Shown in pieces: positions 24,678 through 34,505 of a stretch of DNA of 64,000 nucleotides; the stretch's first letter is position 1, and every line of letters starts with the position of its first letter. The DNA is taken from contig SMSO01000034.1 of assembly GCA_004764695.1 (NCBI GenBank), positions 2,666,001 to 2,730,000 of the forward strand, in the 5' to 3' direction. The stretch comes from Schizochytrium sp. TIO01. Taxonomy: Eukaryota; Protista; Bigyra: Labyrinthulomycetes. Both the position numbers and the translations under genes were made by a program. The notes beneath the pieces are model-generated. The model was not told the origin of the DNA. It was given only the letters and a program-made list of their open reading frames with translations, and ran no database searches.

Positions 24678-27600
24678 TTAAATTTCAGAATCCTCATCAT
24701 ATTCAGGTTTTGTAATCACTGTGGCATACTCGTGCCATGGGTATCTAGAAAGGACTTGTTGTGCAAAGGTCCAGCGATTACCAGTCTGGCGATTGACCTG
24801 CTGCATGGCGCCAGGGTAAAATACTTGAGTCATCATCGACAATGCAACTGTAAAATTGGACTTTGAATGGCTCAGAACGTCGGAGAAGGAGGCACAATGA
24901 CGAAGGAAATCGTCTTCCTCTTTGGCTTCACTGCCCGGAACAATTCGAGCAGGGTCTAACTCTCGCTTTGCGGCCCGGCAACTTGCCAGCATACCCTTCA
25001 GTGGCAGATCAACAAGTTCAATCCCACTCACATCAAGCTTCACAGGTCCATCCCTCGGGTCTGATAGCTGAAATATTGATGTCTGGTCAGAGCCACGGAA
25101 ACTATGAGCACCCTGCATTGGGTATGCTGCAGGTAAATGAACCTCTACATGCTTAAGCGGAGGGATGGTGCATGAGTCAGCCGATGAAGGCTTAGAGCAG
25201 GGTCCACATTGAACAGTAAGTTCGGCATGGAACTTCAAATTTACAAAGTTGTATTTGAAGGTGTAGCAAAATCCCTTATTATCCATGTAGGCTCTTGTCG
25301 TACCGTCATCATTGTATACATGTGCAGAACCCATAGAAACACTATAGTCTAGGAAAACAGTGAAGATAAGGTGCTCATAATTCTCTTGACGACCAATCGA
25401 ACCAAGAGGTGATTCCCCTGAAGTACTTTGAATTGGAAGAACTCCCCCTGCTCGAATGAATGTGGGGATCTCTTCTAAATCAGCAAGGATTGTTAGATTT
25501 GCTGGTCCTTCAAGACGACGGTTTGATCCTAGCTCAACCCATTGGCCAGGGGGCAACCACACCTCTTGTGCTGCAAGGAAACCGGTTTCACGAGATGCTG
25601 CATGGACTACAGGAGCGACCAAGAGAGTATCACCTAAGAAGAATTCTGAACGTTGCCCGTCAATAGTACAAGCTTCATAGGCCATTGGCTCATCAGGGTG
25701 ATTATAATACACTGGCCGCAACGCCGCAATACCGGTTTCGTGAAACTCGCGGTGCAAGGTGTAGGTGTATGGGAGTAAGCGCATACGATGGATCAAGGTA
25801 GAACGCACGGCAGCGAAATAGCGTGAAGGGACTTGCCAAGGGTATCCAATCGCACAACCGTCACTGATTTCGGTATTCGGGTAGTCCTTGTTGCAATCAC
25901 CAGCACTCATGCCCCGATCATGAAAACGCATGATAGGAGAGTTTGCCCCCCATTGAACCCAGCGCACAAACAATTCAGGGTCTCCATGGGGACCAGTAAT
26001 ATCATGGCTCCATAGACCATACGCTACATTTGATGCTGTGACAGTAAAATATGGTTGGTAGGCCAATCGATCCCAACTTAAGATATCGACGTCACCAGAA
26101 AATCCTACAGGGTAGCGATGATTGCCAAGGCCACCCCAGCGTCCCAACGTCAATTCACGTGTTTGCTGTCCGCGACGGATTGACCGTGTTGAGCGGAGGT
26201 GGTTGAGCCAAATAGTTGGATTATGAGCCCCACCCGTGCATCCACCCTCTTGGGCTCCCTGCTGCCAATCAGTCCACCAATAATCTAAACCGTCCTTTTC
26301 TAGAGCTCCTAGAACAATGTCTTCTAAACCATACGCATACTTAGAGTCTGAACAAGAAGCAAAAGGAATTCCCTCGGTGGGGTCCTCCAAGCCCATGTAC
26401 TTGGCCATTGCCTCGAATTGATCCTCATAGACATCAACACCGTTATCATCATGCAAATTTGCCATAATCTTCAGACCGTATGCCTTCTTCAAACTTGACA
26501 TAGTTTCCCGTGGATATGGAAAGGCAGTTCTGTCCCAAGAATAGCCGCCCCAAGCCTCTTTGCTGTGAAAGTTCATATCAAGAACAAGAACATCAAGGGG
26601 GAATGAGAAACTCTTGAATTTTGCGATCACACTTTGCAATTCCTGTTCGTCATAGTCATACCAGCGGGTCCACCATGTGCCGAGAGCAAATTTAGGGAGC
26701 ATCGGCGGCGCACCTGCAATCTTAATGAAGTCGCCTAAAGCAGCCTTGTAATTAAGTCCGTGCGCGAACAAGTAGAGATCCTGGCCTCCAGAGCGAGTTT
26801 GCCACCACCCAGTTTTCGCATCAAGCACTGGCGTTTCTGAGTCGTCGACTACGGTCCAGCCGCTGCGACTGATGACTCCTTCCGTACAATGGAGTGACTC
26901 ATTATGTATTTTCTTCGAACCTGCTGGACCTTGGCAGCTTAGGTCTATCGGGCCTAGAAGGTCCAGGCTTCTGATTGTGCCGTGAAGCTGGCCGTCATTA
27001 GCTTGGCCAAATCGCCAAATCGGATTTGAATGCCCTTCCTTGTCCGGAACCTTATCAATACTTTCTTTCCACTTCATCCATAAATTATCCTTTGCGAATG
27101 TCGTGTTCAACCTGTAGTTCAGTGTCAGTGCACTGGTTTCAATGCTCAAAATTCCGTTTTCTTCATTTGTCGTGAACTCGGGTACGTCAAGCTTGCGGTG
27201 CACAACGGCCAAGGATGCGAGGTCATTGAAACTCCCATCTTCAGCACGATATTCAAGGCGAATCAGGTGAGGGGTCAACACCGTGAACCTTGCTCGTCCT
27301 GCAAGAATCTGAGCTTTGGAATTACTCGTAGCATCCCAAGAATTTTGAGAAGTTCTGAAGTTATTTTGCTTCAAGTTACCATCGCCCTCTTTATATGAGG
27401 CCGCCTCTTTACGATATTTGTCCTGAGTATTGAGAGGGCTATTGTTGTGTACTTGCGATGAGGCATCTTGAGGACTTGATTCGCTACTGCTCCTTTCCCC
27501 AGAGTACTTTTCGTTGCCTTCGTTTGTGTGGTCAACTCTACCCTCACTGTTGCTCTCATGTTCGCCGTTGTTAACGTTGGTGAAGTCCCAGCCTCGCAGC

Positions 27601-27707
27601 CATGAGACGTCCTCCTGAATGCTGGAGGGTTTGGGTGCGCGTAAGAGGACAACTGCTGCAAAGACCAGGCCTCCCAACACCAAAACTAGAGAGCATGAAC
27701 GACGCAT
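24678..27707 (-). CDS. Glycoside hydrolase family 31 (WxDWQQ-type alpha-glucosidase) with N-terminal signal anchor
   Basis: 1009 aa. Hydrophobic N-terminus, ARFTVLTPHLIRLE, FPLDVLVLDMNFH, nucleophile motif YWWTDWQQG, HRYPVGFSGD (acid/base), WSHDITG, RWVQWGANSPIMRFH. Confidence 0.92.
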   Translation of the reverse strand: MRRSCSLVLVLGGLVFAAVVLLRAPKPSSIQEDVSWLRGWDFTNVNNGEHESNSEGRVDHTNEGNEKYSGERSSSESSPQDASSQVHNNSPLNTQDKYRKEAASYKEGDGNLKQNNFRTSQNSWDATSNSKAQILAGRARFTVLTPHLIRLEYRAEDGSFNDLASLAVVHRKLDVPEFTTNEENGILSIETSALTLNYRLNTTFAKDNLWMKWKESIDKVPDKEGHSNPIWRFGQANDGQLHGTIRSLDLLGPIDLSCQGPAGSKKIHNESLHCTEGVISRSGWTVVDDSETPVLDAKTGWWQTRSGGQDLYLFAHGLNYKAALGDFIKIAGAPPMLPKFALGTWWTRWYDYDEQELQSVIAKFKSFSFPLDVLVLDMNFHSKEAWGGYSWDRTAFPYPRETMSSLKKAYGLKIMANLHDDNGVDVYEDQFEAMAKYMGLEDPTEGIPFASCSDSKYAYGLEDIVLGALEKDGLDYWWTDWQQGAQEGGCTGGAHNPTIWLNHLRSTRSIRRGQQTRELTLGRWGGLGNHRYPVGFSGDVDILSWDRLAYQPYFTVTASNVAYGLWSHDITGPHGDPELFVRWVQWGANSPIMRFHDRGMSAGDCNKDYPNTEISDGCAIGYPWQVPSRYFAAVRSTLIHRMRLLPYTYTLHREFHETGIAALRPVYYNHPDEPMAYEACTIDGQRSEFFLGDTLLVAPVVHAASRETGFLAAQEVWLPPGQWVELGSNRRLEGPANLTILADLEEIPTFIRAGGVLPIQSTSGESPLGSIGRQENYEHLIFTVFLDYSVSMGSAHVYNDDGTTRAYMDNKGFCYTFKYNFVNLKFHAELTVQCGPCSKPSSADSCTIPPLKHVEVHLPAAYPMQGAHSFRGSDQTSIFQLSDPRDGPVKLDVSGIELVDLPLKGMLASCRAAKRELDPARIVPGSEAKEEDDFLRHCASFSDVLSHSKSNFTVALSMMTQVFYPGAMQQVNRQTGNRWTFAQQVLSRYPWHEYATVITKPEYDEDSEI

Positions 27708-28772
27708 GATAGTCTATGAGCGACCTGGGTACGACGGAAAGGGCTCCGTCCGCCAGGATGATCTATTGCCTATGTTGTCAGAGAAAGATTCTGAAGATGA
27801 TAAAGAACCCATTTGAGTGCATCATCAATTTTCATTCTTTCTCTCTACAATAATGATTTACCACTAAAACTATACGTCTTCATCCAGGAACTCGAAGCAA
27901 ATGGGAACAAGAGATAACCGAAGGAGTGGCGAAGCTACAGCGTAAAAATCTAGACACCATTTGTTCATCCATGCGTGATTCTTGGCTTTGGATATGTATC
28001 AAGTCTCGATCCAAAATGTATTAGGGTACTTTAACCTCTTATAATGGGGGGGGGCACAGCAAACTGGTTCAGTTATCCCATGGAAAGTACGGAAGGACAA
28101 TTCTGAGCTCCGGTTTGTGAGTTGTTTCATGTTCCATTCTCTTTTCGAACCGGAGGTGACCTCGCGCAAGTTGTTGTGGTTCTTGCGCTCATTTAGCAAG
28201 ATTTGCACCAGCGCATATCCCCGTAAGGAATGCATAGCGTCTACATATGAGAAACTTGCCACATTCTTTATTAATTGAAAAAAAGGATGCGGACTTAAAG
28301 AAAAGGGATAAGTGCTAAATAGGCAGTCGGTAGTAGTACATGGTTTAGTCTCAGTCCGAGCCCTTATGTTCCACAAGATTGGCATAGATGAGAATCATGA
28401 ATCAGGACCAGAAGAGGCCAAATCACTCATGACAGAAACGAAAGCAAAACCTTTTCATAACTTTTGGGAGGGGATTGAGAGAACTTTCAGAGTCTTGGAG
28501 GGAACTGCAGTGCGCACGCTGGAGCACGTCGCTTGTAGTAGAGGGAGTACATGAGTCAAAAAGCTGGAAAGTCAGGAAAGAACAGCTTTGTCATTTTTCT
28601 GTGAAGAGAACTGTAATTCGTTGCTCATTCATAGGTTGCAGGATTTATTGTCTACTTGAAAACTTCGTCAACAAGCTGAAGTGTTCGAAGACAAGAGTTA
28701 TTCGAACTCTTTGACACGGGTCAACACGGATCAAGTTTTATTCGTCAAATTACTTGGAAGGAAACACGCAAG

Positions 28773-30593
28773 ATGGGGCGCACAGACTCACGCAAGTTTC
28801 TCGACGAGGCTGTGTCAAACCCAGAGGGGTACACAGTCGCAGATCTGTTTGAGTTCACAGTAGACCGCTTTCCTGATCGCCCTGCACTCAAGTATGTAGG
28901 AGATGAGCAGATTCCAGAAAGAACCTTGACTTTTCGTGAATTAGATCAGCTTGCCAATCAGGTAGCTCGATGGGCACGTTATGAAAAGAAATTGCAAATT
29001 GGAGACACAGTAGCGTTGTACATGGAGAATAGATTAGAGTATATCATATTTTGGTTTGGATTATGCAAGGTTGGCGTTCGCATCGCTTTTCCAAATAACA
29101 CAATTTTGGGTCAACCATTGATTCATTCAATTCGAATCAGTAGCGCGAAGGTGGTTATTTTTGGCGCTGAAGTAGCTAGTTCTATAGAGTCAATTTTTAA
29201 AACGTTGACTGCAGATCACCATATTGATGTTTTAGCTTCAGGTGGTGAAGTCAGCTTTAGTCAGTGCGTCGATGGTGATATTTCCAAGCAGTCTCGTGAG
29301 CGTATGAATCGAAAGGAAGCTCGTGGCGGCGTCCGGTTTCGTGATGTTTTTGGTTATGTCTACACAAGTGGCACGACAGGTCTACCAAAGGCAGTCAACG
29401 TGACCCATCTGAAACAGTGGGCTTTTGCCACGGGCTACTCCAGGGAGATCAACGAGAATGACGTCGTCTATTCTTCAGGAATGCCGCTCTACCATAGCTC
29501 TGCAGGTGGCATTGGTACTGGCATGGTGTTTCACTACGGTGCATGCCAGGTGATTCGCAAGAAGTTCTCTGCATCGCATTGGCTAGAAGACTGCCGCCGT
29601 TACGGAGCCACTGTGGTCCAGTATATTGGAGAACTTTGCCGATATGTCCTGAGTAGGCCGGTATCGTCTGATGATGGTGATAACAAGATTAGGCTTGCGA
29701 CAGGGAATGGGCTTAGCAAAGAGATTTGGGCTGAATTCCAAATCCGCTTCAAGATCAATATCATCAAGGAGTTCTATGGATCTACTGAAGGCAACGGTGC
29801 GTTTCGCAATGAAGTCTATCTGAAAGATTTAGAAAAGGGTGACCACCGCGCTGTTGGTGCTGTAGGCAGGCTAGGTAGCAATCCTCTGCATGCTCGATTT
29901 GTCAAGTACGATGTGGACACAGACGACTTTGTACGCGATAAGAATAATCGTCTCATCGATTGCGTTGTTGGCGAACCTGGCGAGCTTCTTTTCCCGCAAC
30001 GCTCTGATTCTCACACAAGTCAATTTGTAGGCTACTCAGATCCAGAAGCAACTAAAAAGAAGCTAGCTAAAGATGGCGAGGTATCTTACGTGCGCTCTGG
30101 CGATCTACTTGTTGTCGATGAGCATGGATTTGTACGATTTGTTGACCGTGTTGGTGACACCTTTCGCAGCAAGGGAGAGAACGTGAGCACAACAGAGGTT
30201 GCCCAGGAACTCAACCGATGCCCTTTTGTTTTGGAGGCCAATGTTTATGGCGTACAAGTTCCTCACACTGAAGGTCGCTTTGGAATGGCGGCGGTCGTGT
30301 TTCGTAGCACTGAGCCTAATGACATTCCTAAGGCTCTGGATGCTCTGGCTCAGCATGCCCAAGCAACATTGCCATCGTACTCTCGCCCAATTTTCGTTCG
30401 TGTGCAGATGGAGACGCTCACCACACAAACTTTTAAGCACCAAAAGGTAACCTTGCGTAAGCAAGCATTTGACCCGGCAGCTATTGCGGATAGTGGGGAT
30501 AAGATATTCTGGCTAATCGAGAACAGGTACGTCCCCTTCACACAGTCTGACTTCGATAGTCTCGTCGCTGGCAGCCCTCGTAGTAAACTATGA
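28773..30593 (+). CDS. Fatty-acid transport protein / very-long-chain acyl-CoA synthetase (FATP/SLC27 family) with C-terminal PTS1 (SKL)
   Basis: YTSGTTGLPKA, PLYHS, QYIGELCRY, GNGL, EFYGSTEGN, RSGDLL, FVDRVGDTFRSKGENVSTTEV, TFKHQK; ends in SKL. Confidence 0.93.
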   Translation: MGRTDSRKFLDEAVSNPEGYTVADLFEFTVDRFPDRPALKYVGDEQIPERTLTFRELDQLANQVARWARYEKKLQIGDTVALYMENRLEYIIFWFGLCKVGVRIAFPNNTILGQPLIHSIRISSAKVVIFGAEVASSIESIFKTLTADHHIDVLASGGEVSFSQCVDGDISKQSRERMNRKEARGGVRFRDVFGYVYTSGTTGLPKAVNVTHLKQWAFATGYSREINENDVVYSSGMPLYHSSAGGIGTGMVFHYGACQVIRKKFSASHWLEDCRRYGATVVQYIGELCRYVLSRPVSSDDGDNKIRLATGNGLSKEIWAEFQIRFKINIIKEFYGSTEGNGAFRNEVYLKDLEKGDHRAVGAVGRLGSNPLHARFVKYDVDTDDFVRDKNNRLIDCVVGEPGELLFPQRSDSHTSQFVGYSDPEATKKKLAKDGEVSYVRSGDLLVVDEHGFVRFVDRVGDTFRSKGENVSTTEVAQELNRCPFVLEANVYGVQVPHTEGRFGMAAVVFRSTEPNDIPKALDALAQHAQATLPSYSRPIFVRVQMETLTTQTFKHQKVTLRKQAFDPAAIADSGDKIFWLIENRYVPFTQSDFDSLVAGSPRSKL

Positions 30594-31396
30594 TCTAGTC
30601 TGCCCCCTTTCAAGAAGAGCAACAGCAGTAACAACCATAAGGGTGCCTCTTTCTTTAAATTTAACCCAATTTTCTTTTTTGAGCTCGAATGGGATTATCA
30701 ACATTTCCCATTACTATTTCGGCTTACATGTTTCGCTTTTATTATGTTCTCTCTATATATAAAAACAAACTTTATATGTAACTTCAGCTTGAAGAATAAT
30801 CGCATTCTCTTTTGTTGGGTACTCTACTATTGGCATCTTGGTTTTTCACATATTGCCGTCTGGGTTGGGTGCAATAATAGTACGATGGTAGCTAGCTAAT
30901 AGGAAAATCCGTTCCAACCCGCCTTACATACGTAGGTATTAGTAGGATCATATAGGGTTAAAAGACGGTGGTTATACTCTTGAATCTCCTAGAAGGGGTC
31001 GCTCTCAATCGGGATCAAATAATTAATGACGAAAAATCGAAGATAGTTGCGAACGGAAAATCTGGAAACAAAGATAGTGATGACATTGAACCATCATTTG
31101 GCTGGCGGTAACATTCTTGAATTCTCTTTTTTTGCAGGAACAAGACGTCCGTTTTGGGCTGTTCAGATGAACCGATTCTAGCCCAATCTCTAAGTGTACT
31201 CCTAGTATTTACTATTTATAATACTAAAATGATAGCTTATTGATTCATTGATTTTTGATAAAGCAAGGATTAAGAAACAAATCTCGATCACTCAATCGAT
31301 CAGATCGAGCGATCAAGCGGTGGGTCGGTCGCGCGAGTGGACACGCGTGTCCTCCAACCACGCTCAGGCGGACCCTGATTGGTCTTTGGTTGCAGG

Positions 31397-33913
31397 ATGT
31401 CTCAGCCTCCTCGCTCGCAGGCTTTCTCCTTTAGCCCTGCTCCATCTTCTTCTCTTGGTGGTGCTGCCTCTTCATCATCTTCTATCGGCATGCGCTCTCC
31501 CCTCTCCTCAGTTCCCTTTGGAGGATTGACTCCAATCCCTGCGGACCGTTCCCTGTCGTCTACCTTTCTAGATGGTGAGTACTTTGGAGTTCGCGCGCCC
31601 TCCTCCTCCTCCTCTTCCCTCAGTGCCACTAACCAGGCCAACCCGGCGCTCTTCCGTGCCACGAACTCCTCACACAACCATGCACACGGCAATCCCTTCG
31701 ATGGGTCATTCGATCCCTCGCTGTTGACCCCTGCCGCAGCATCTCACAAGAAGCGGCCTCGCGTGGAGTCCTCTGGGTCTGCCTCTGCCATGGCCTCAGG
31801 AATGACTGCGACAGCGCCAACCACGATGGCGATGACTTCGGGCGCGGCCATAGGCACCGTGACGACTGCCACAGCGGCAGCAAGGACTCAGCGCGCAGTT
31901 GAGGGCGAACGGGCTAAAGCCAAGGCACAAGTACTGAGACTAGAGAGAGAGATGCGTCGGGAGAAAGCTAGAGCAGAGGCAGAAGCACGAAGAGGCAGGG
32001 AGCTTGAGGAGGAGGTTGCCAGACTGCGCAGAGAGAAACAGAAGGTGGAAATGGAGGCTGTAAGGGCGAGGCAGGTGCACGAAGCAGCCATGGATAAGCA
32101 GAAAAGGGATCTCAGAGACGCAGAGAACAAGCGGATAGCAGATAAAGAGGAGCTAGAGGAAGGGAACAGAGTCCTAGGCGAGGAAATCAGAGCCCTCAGA
32201 GAGGCCCTGGAGCTCAAAGGAGGAGACAATAGCGAGGATGAAGATGATGACGATGAAGATATGGACAGTGATGAGGAGTCTAACGAGGATGACGACAGCT
32301 ATGAGGCAGAGCGTCGCAGAAGTAAGAACCGTAAGAACCGCAGAGGCAAAAAGAGTAGTGAGGACGGTAAGGATAGTAAGGCCGCGCTAGAGAGGGAAGT
32401 CCGCAAATTGCAAGCATCTCTGGAGGTAACTGAAGCTCGCCTCAGAGAAGCAGTTGCAAGGGCAGAAGACCAGGAGGCAGAGATTCAAGCCCTTCATGAG
32501 GGCTCTGCAGTAAGCGGCAGACTCGCGGAGCTTAATTCGTCACTGAATAGGGCTGATGAGAGGGAATCCACTCTGCGAATGCGAATCAGAGAACTTGAGC
32601 GACAGCTGGAGCAACGCGAAGATGACTCCGCCGCGGTGGAGGCCCTGAGAGCTCAGGTGCGCAAACTCGAGACGCAGCGCGATGGCCTTGTGCAAATGGA
32701 AGCGGAATGTAGCGCTATGAAAGCAGAACGCCGTGAGTGGGCAGATATGTTCACAGACCTCATCGACGATGCGAGGGACATCACGCCTTCATTGGTTTTC
32801 AACGCTATGCGTGAACTACAGTCAGACCACCTTAAACTCTCACACCAATTTACCTCTACGAAGACCAGGCTGGCAGAAGCATCCTCCGCAAAAGACAGTG
32901 CTACAAAGACCATCGTCGTCCTTGAGAAGCAACTGTCCAAGGCAAGGCAGGATATTGCAGAGTACGCAGACCGCACCGCTGCACTAGAAAAGCAAAACTT
33001 GTTTTTGGATAGAGAAAGATCAGCGCTCCTGAGAGTCATCGACACAGTTGGTGATGAACCGTACGCAACAATGAGCAAAGCAAACCAAGATAAGGTAGCC
33101 CAGGAAAGAGAGCAAAGGAGAGCAGACCTGGATGAACTGAGGGAGAACCTTAAGGCCGCACACAAACGCATCGAGGAATTGGAGGACAACTCAAATGCAC
33201 AAGTGAGACTAGGAATGTCGCCTGCAGTTGCTAAGCAGAGATCCAAGCAGGTTGAAACTCTAGAAGCACGCGTGGACGGACTCGAGAAGGAGAAAAAATC
33301 TCTAGAGAAACGCCTTGACGAAGCACTCGACCGCCTTGCAGAACTTGAACACGATGAGGCTGCAGGTGTCGTAAACCCATCCAAGACAAAGGTGCTTCAC
33401 CTCACTTTTAACCCTGAGAGAAAGGCGCGTGGCGTAACCTCCAGTGAAGCCGGTGACTCAGGAGAGGTGAGCGCGCTGCGTGCCGAAATTGCAGAACTCA
33501 AGGCTAAGCTAGAGGCAGTTGGCAATGGAAATGGCTCTAGTAGCAGCGCAGCTGGCGTGGACCCTATGAAGAGGCATGAACGCCTGAAAAATACATTTAA
33601 GGAGTGGACACGAACTTTCAAGGAAGCAGTGTACCTTCTCACAGGTCTTAAGATTGATATGATGGAGAATGATGCTGCTGCTGGTTCCGCCACTAAGATT
33701 CTTCGTGCCAAGTCAATGTTCGCTGAGCGTTCATCAGACGAACTGCGTTTCCGATGGAATACAGAAACAGACGCAATTGAGCTGCTTGAAACAGATTTTG
33801 CCCAGCGAATCGATCAAGACGTTTTCGCATACCTGTCAAACTTTAAATCCGTTCCTGCTTTCTTGGCGCAGCTTCAATCGGATCTCTTTTCGCGCCAAAC
33901 AGTTCAGATATGA
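31397..33913 (+). CDS. MAD1: Spindle assembly checkpoint protein MAD1
   Basis: Long coiled coil, Mad2-interaction motif KVLHLTFNP, RLK motif, then FKEAVYLLTGLKIDM...SMFAE...SVPAFLAQL RWD-type C-terminus. First ATG is at 31397 (the ORF track starts at an upstream TTG). Confidence 0.9.
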   Translation: MSQPPRSQAFSFSPAPSSSLGGAASSSSSIGMRSPLSSVPFGGLTPIPADRSLSSTFLDGEYFGVRAPSSSSSSLSATNQANPALFRATNSSHNHAHGNPFDGSFDPSLLTPAAASHKKRPRVESSGSASAMASGMTATAPTTMAMTSGAAIGTVTTATAAARTQRAVEGERAKAKAQVLRLEREMRREKARAEAEARRGRELEEEVARLRREKQKVEMEAVRARQVHEAAMDKQKRDLRDAENKRIADKEELEEGNRVLGEEIRALREALELKGGDNSEDEDDDDEDMDSDEESNEDDDSYEAERRRSKNRKNRRGKKSSEDGKDSKAALEREVRKLQASLEVTEARLREAVARAEDQEAEIQALHEGSAVSGRLAELNSSLNRADERESTLRMRIRELERQLEQREDDSAAVEALRAQVRKLETQRDGLVQMEAECSAMKAERREWADMFTDLIDDARDITPSLVFNAMRELQSDHLKLSHQFTSTKTRLAEASSAKDSATKTIVVLEKQLSKARQDIAEYADRTAALEKQNLFLDRERSALLRVIDTVGDEPYATMSKANQDKVAQEREQRRADLDELRENLKAAHKRIEELEDNSNAQVRLGMSPAVAKQRSKQVETLEARVDGLEKEKKSLEKRLDEALDRLAELEHDEAAGVVNPSKTKVLHLTFNPERKARGVTSSEAGDSGEVSALRAEIAELKAKLEAVGNGNGSSSSAAGVDPMKRHERLKNTFKEWTRTFKEAVYLLTGLKIDMMENDAAAGSATKILRAKSMFAERSSDELRFRWNTETDAIELLETDFAQRIDQDVFAYLSNFKSVPAFLAQLQSDLFSRQTVQI

Positions 33914-34505
33914 TGAAGTAAACAGAAATCTCCGTGGTCGTGCCATGCGTTTGTTTTACTTATACGTTCTACAAGAAGAAAGCGCACATTGTCTGTCTCA
34001 ACGAAATATCAGTTTTTGAAAATATGGAAAGCCAATCCAAGTCGATTGTATGCGAAATTAGGAGTAATCGCCAAGGTGCTACTTTTGTTCCACAAGTTTC
34101 TGACTTTAATCAGTTGAAATTTCATCAGAAAAAAAGTTATCCGAGCATCAGGTTACCTTTTATATTTGTTAAGTTCAAACACGTTTTCCAATCTCCGCAG
34201 TTTTCAGTCTTCAATACTATTTTATTTTTAGTCCTAGCCAAATTCGTTTGAGTTGAAAGCCTAACTGACGAATTTATTGTAGAATCTCAACGTTATCGCT
34301 CCAAGCCAGCCCTTACTTGTTACATCCTACAAATCCTGCAAATCAAGGATAAAGTCTCATGCATAATGTTTTATTGTTATCTAAAACTTTCACAAAGACA
34401 ACGTTTGCTTTTTCTTTCTTATTTCTCATCTACTACAAATACTTTTTAGCTTTTGCAGAGATTGATCAACTTGCAAAACCCGACACCATTAAAGCCTTGT
34501 ATATT

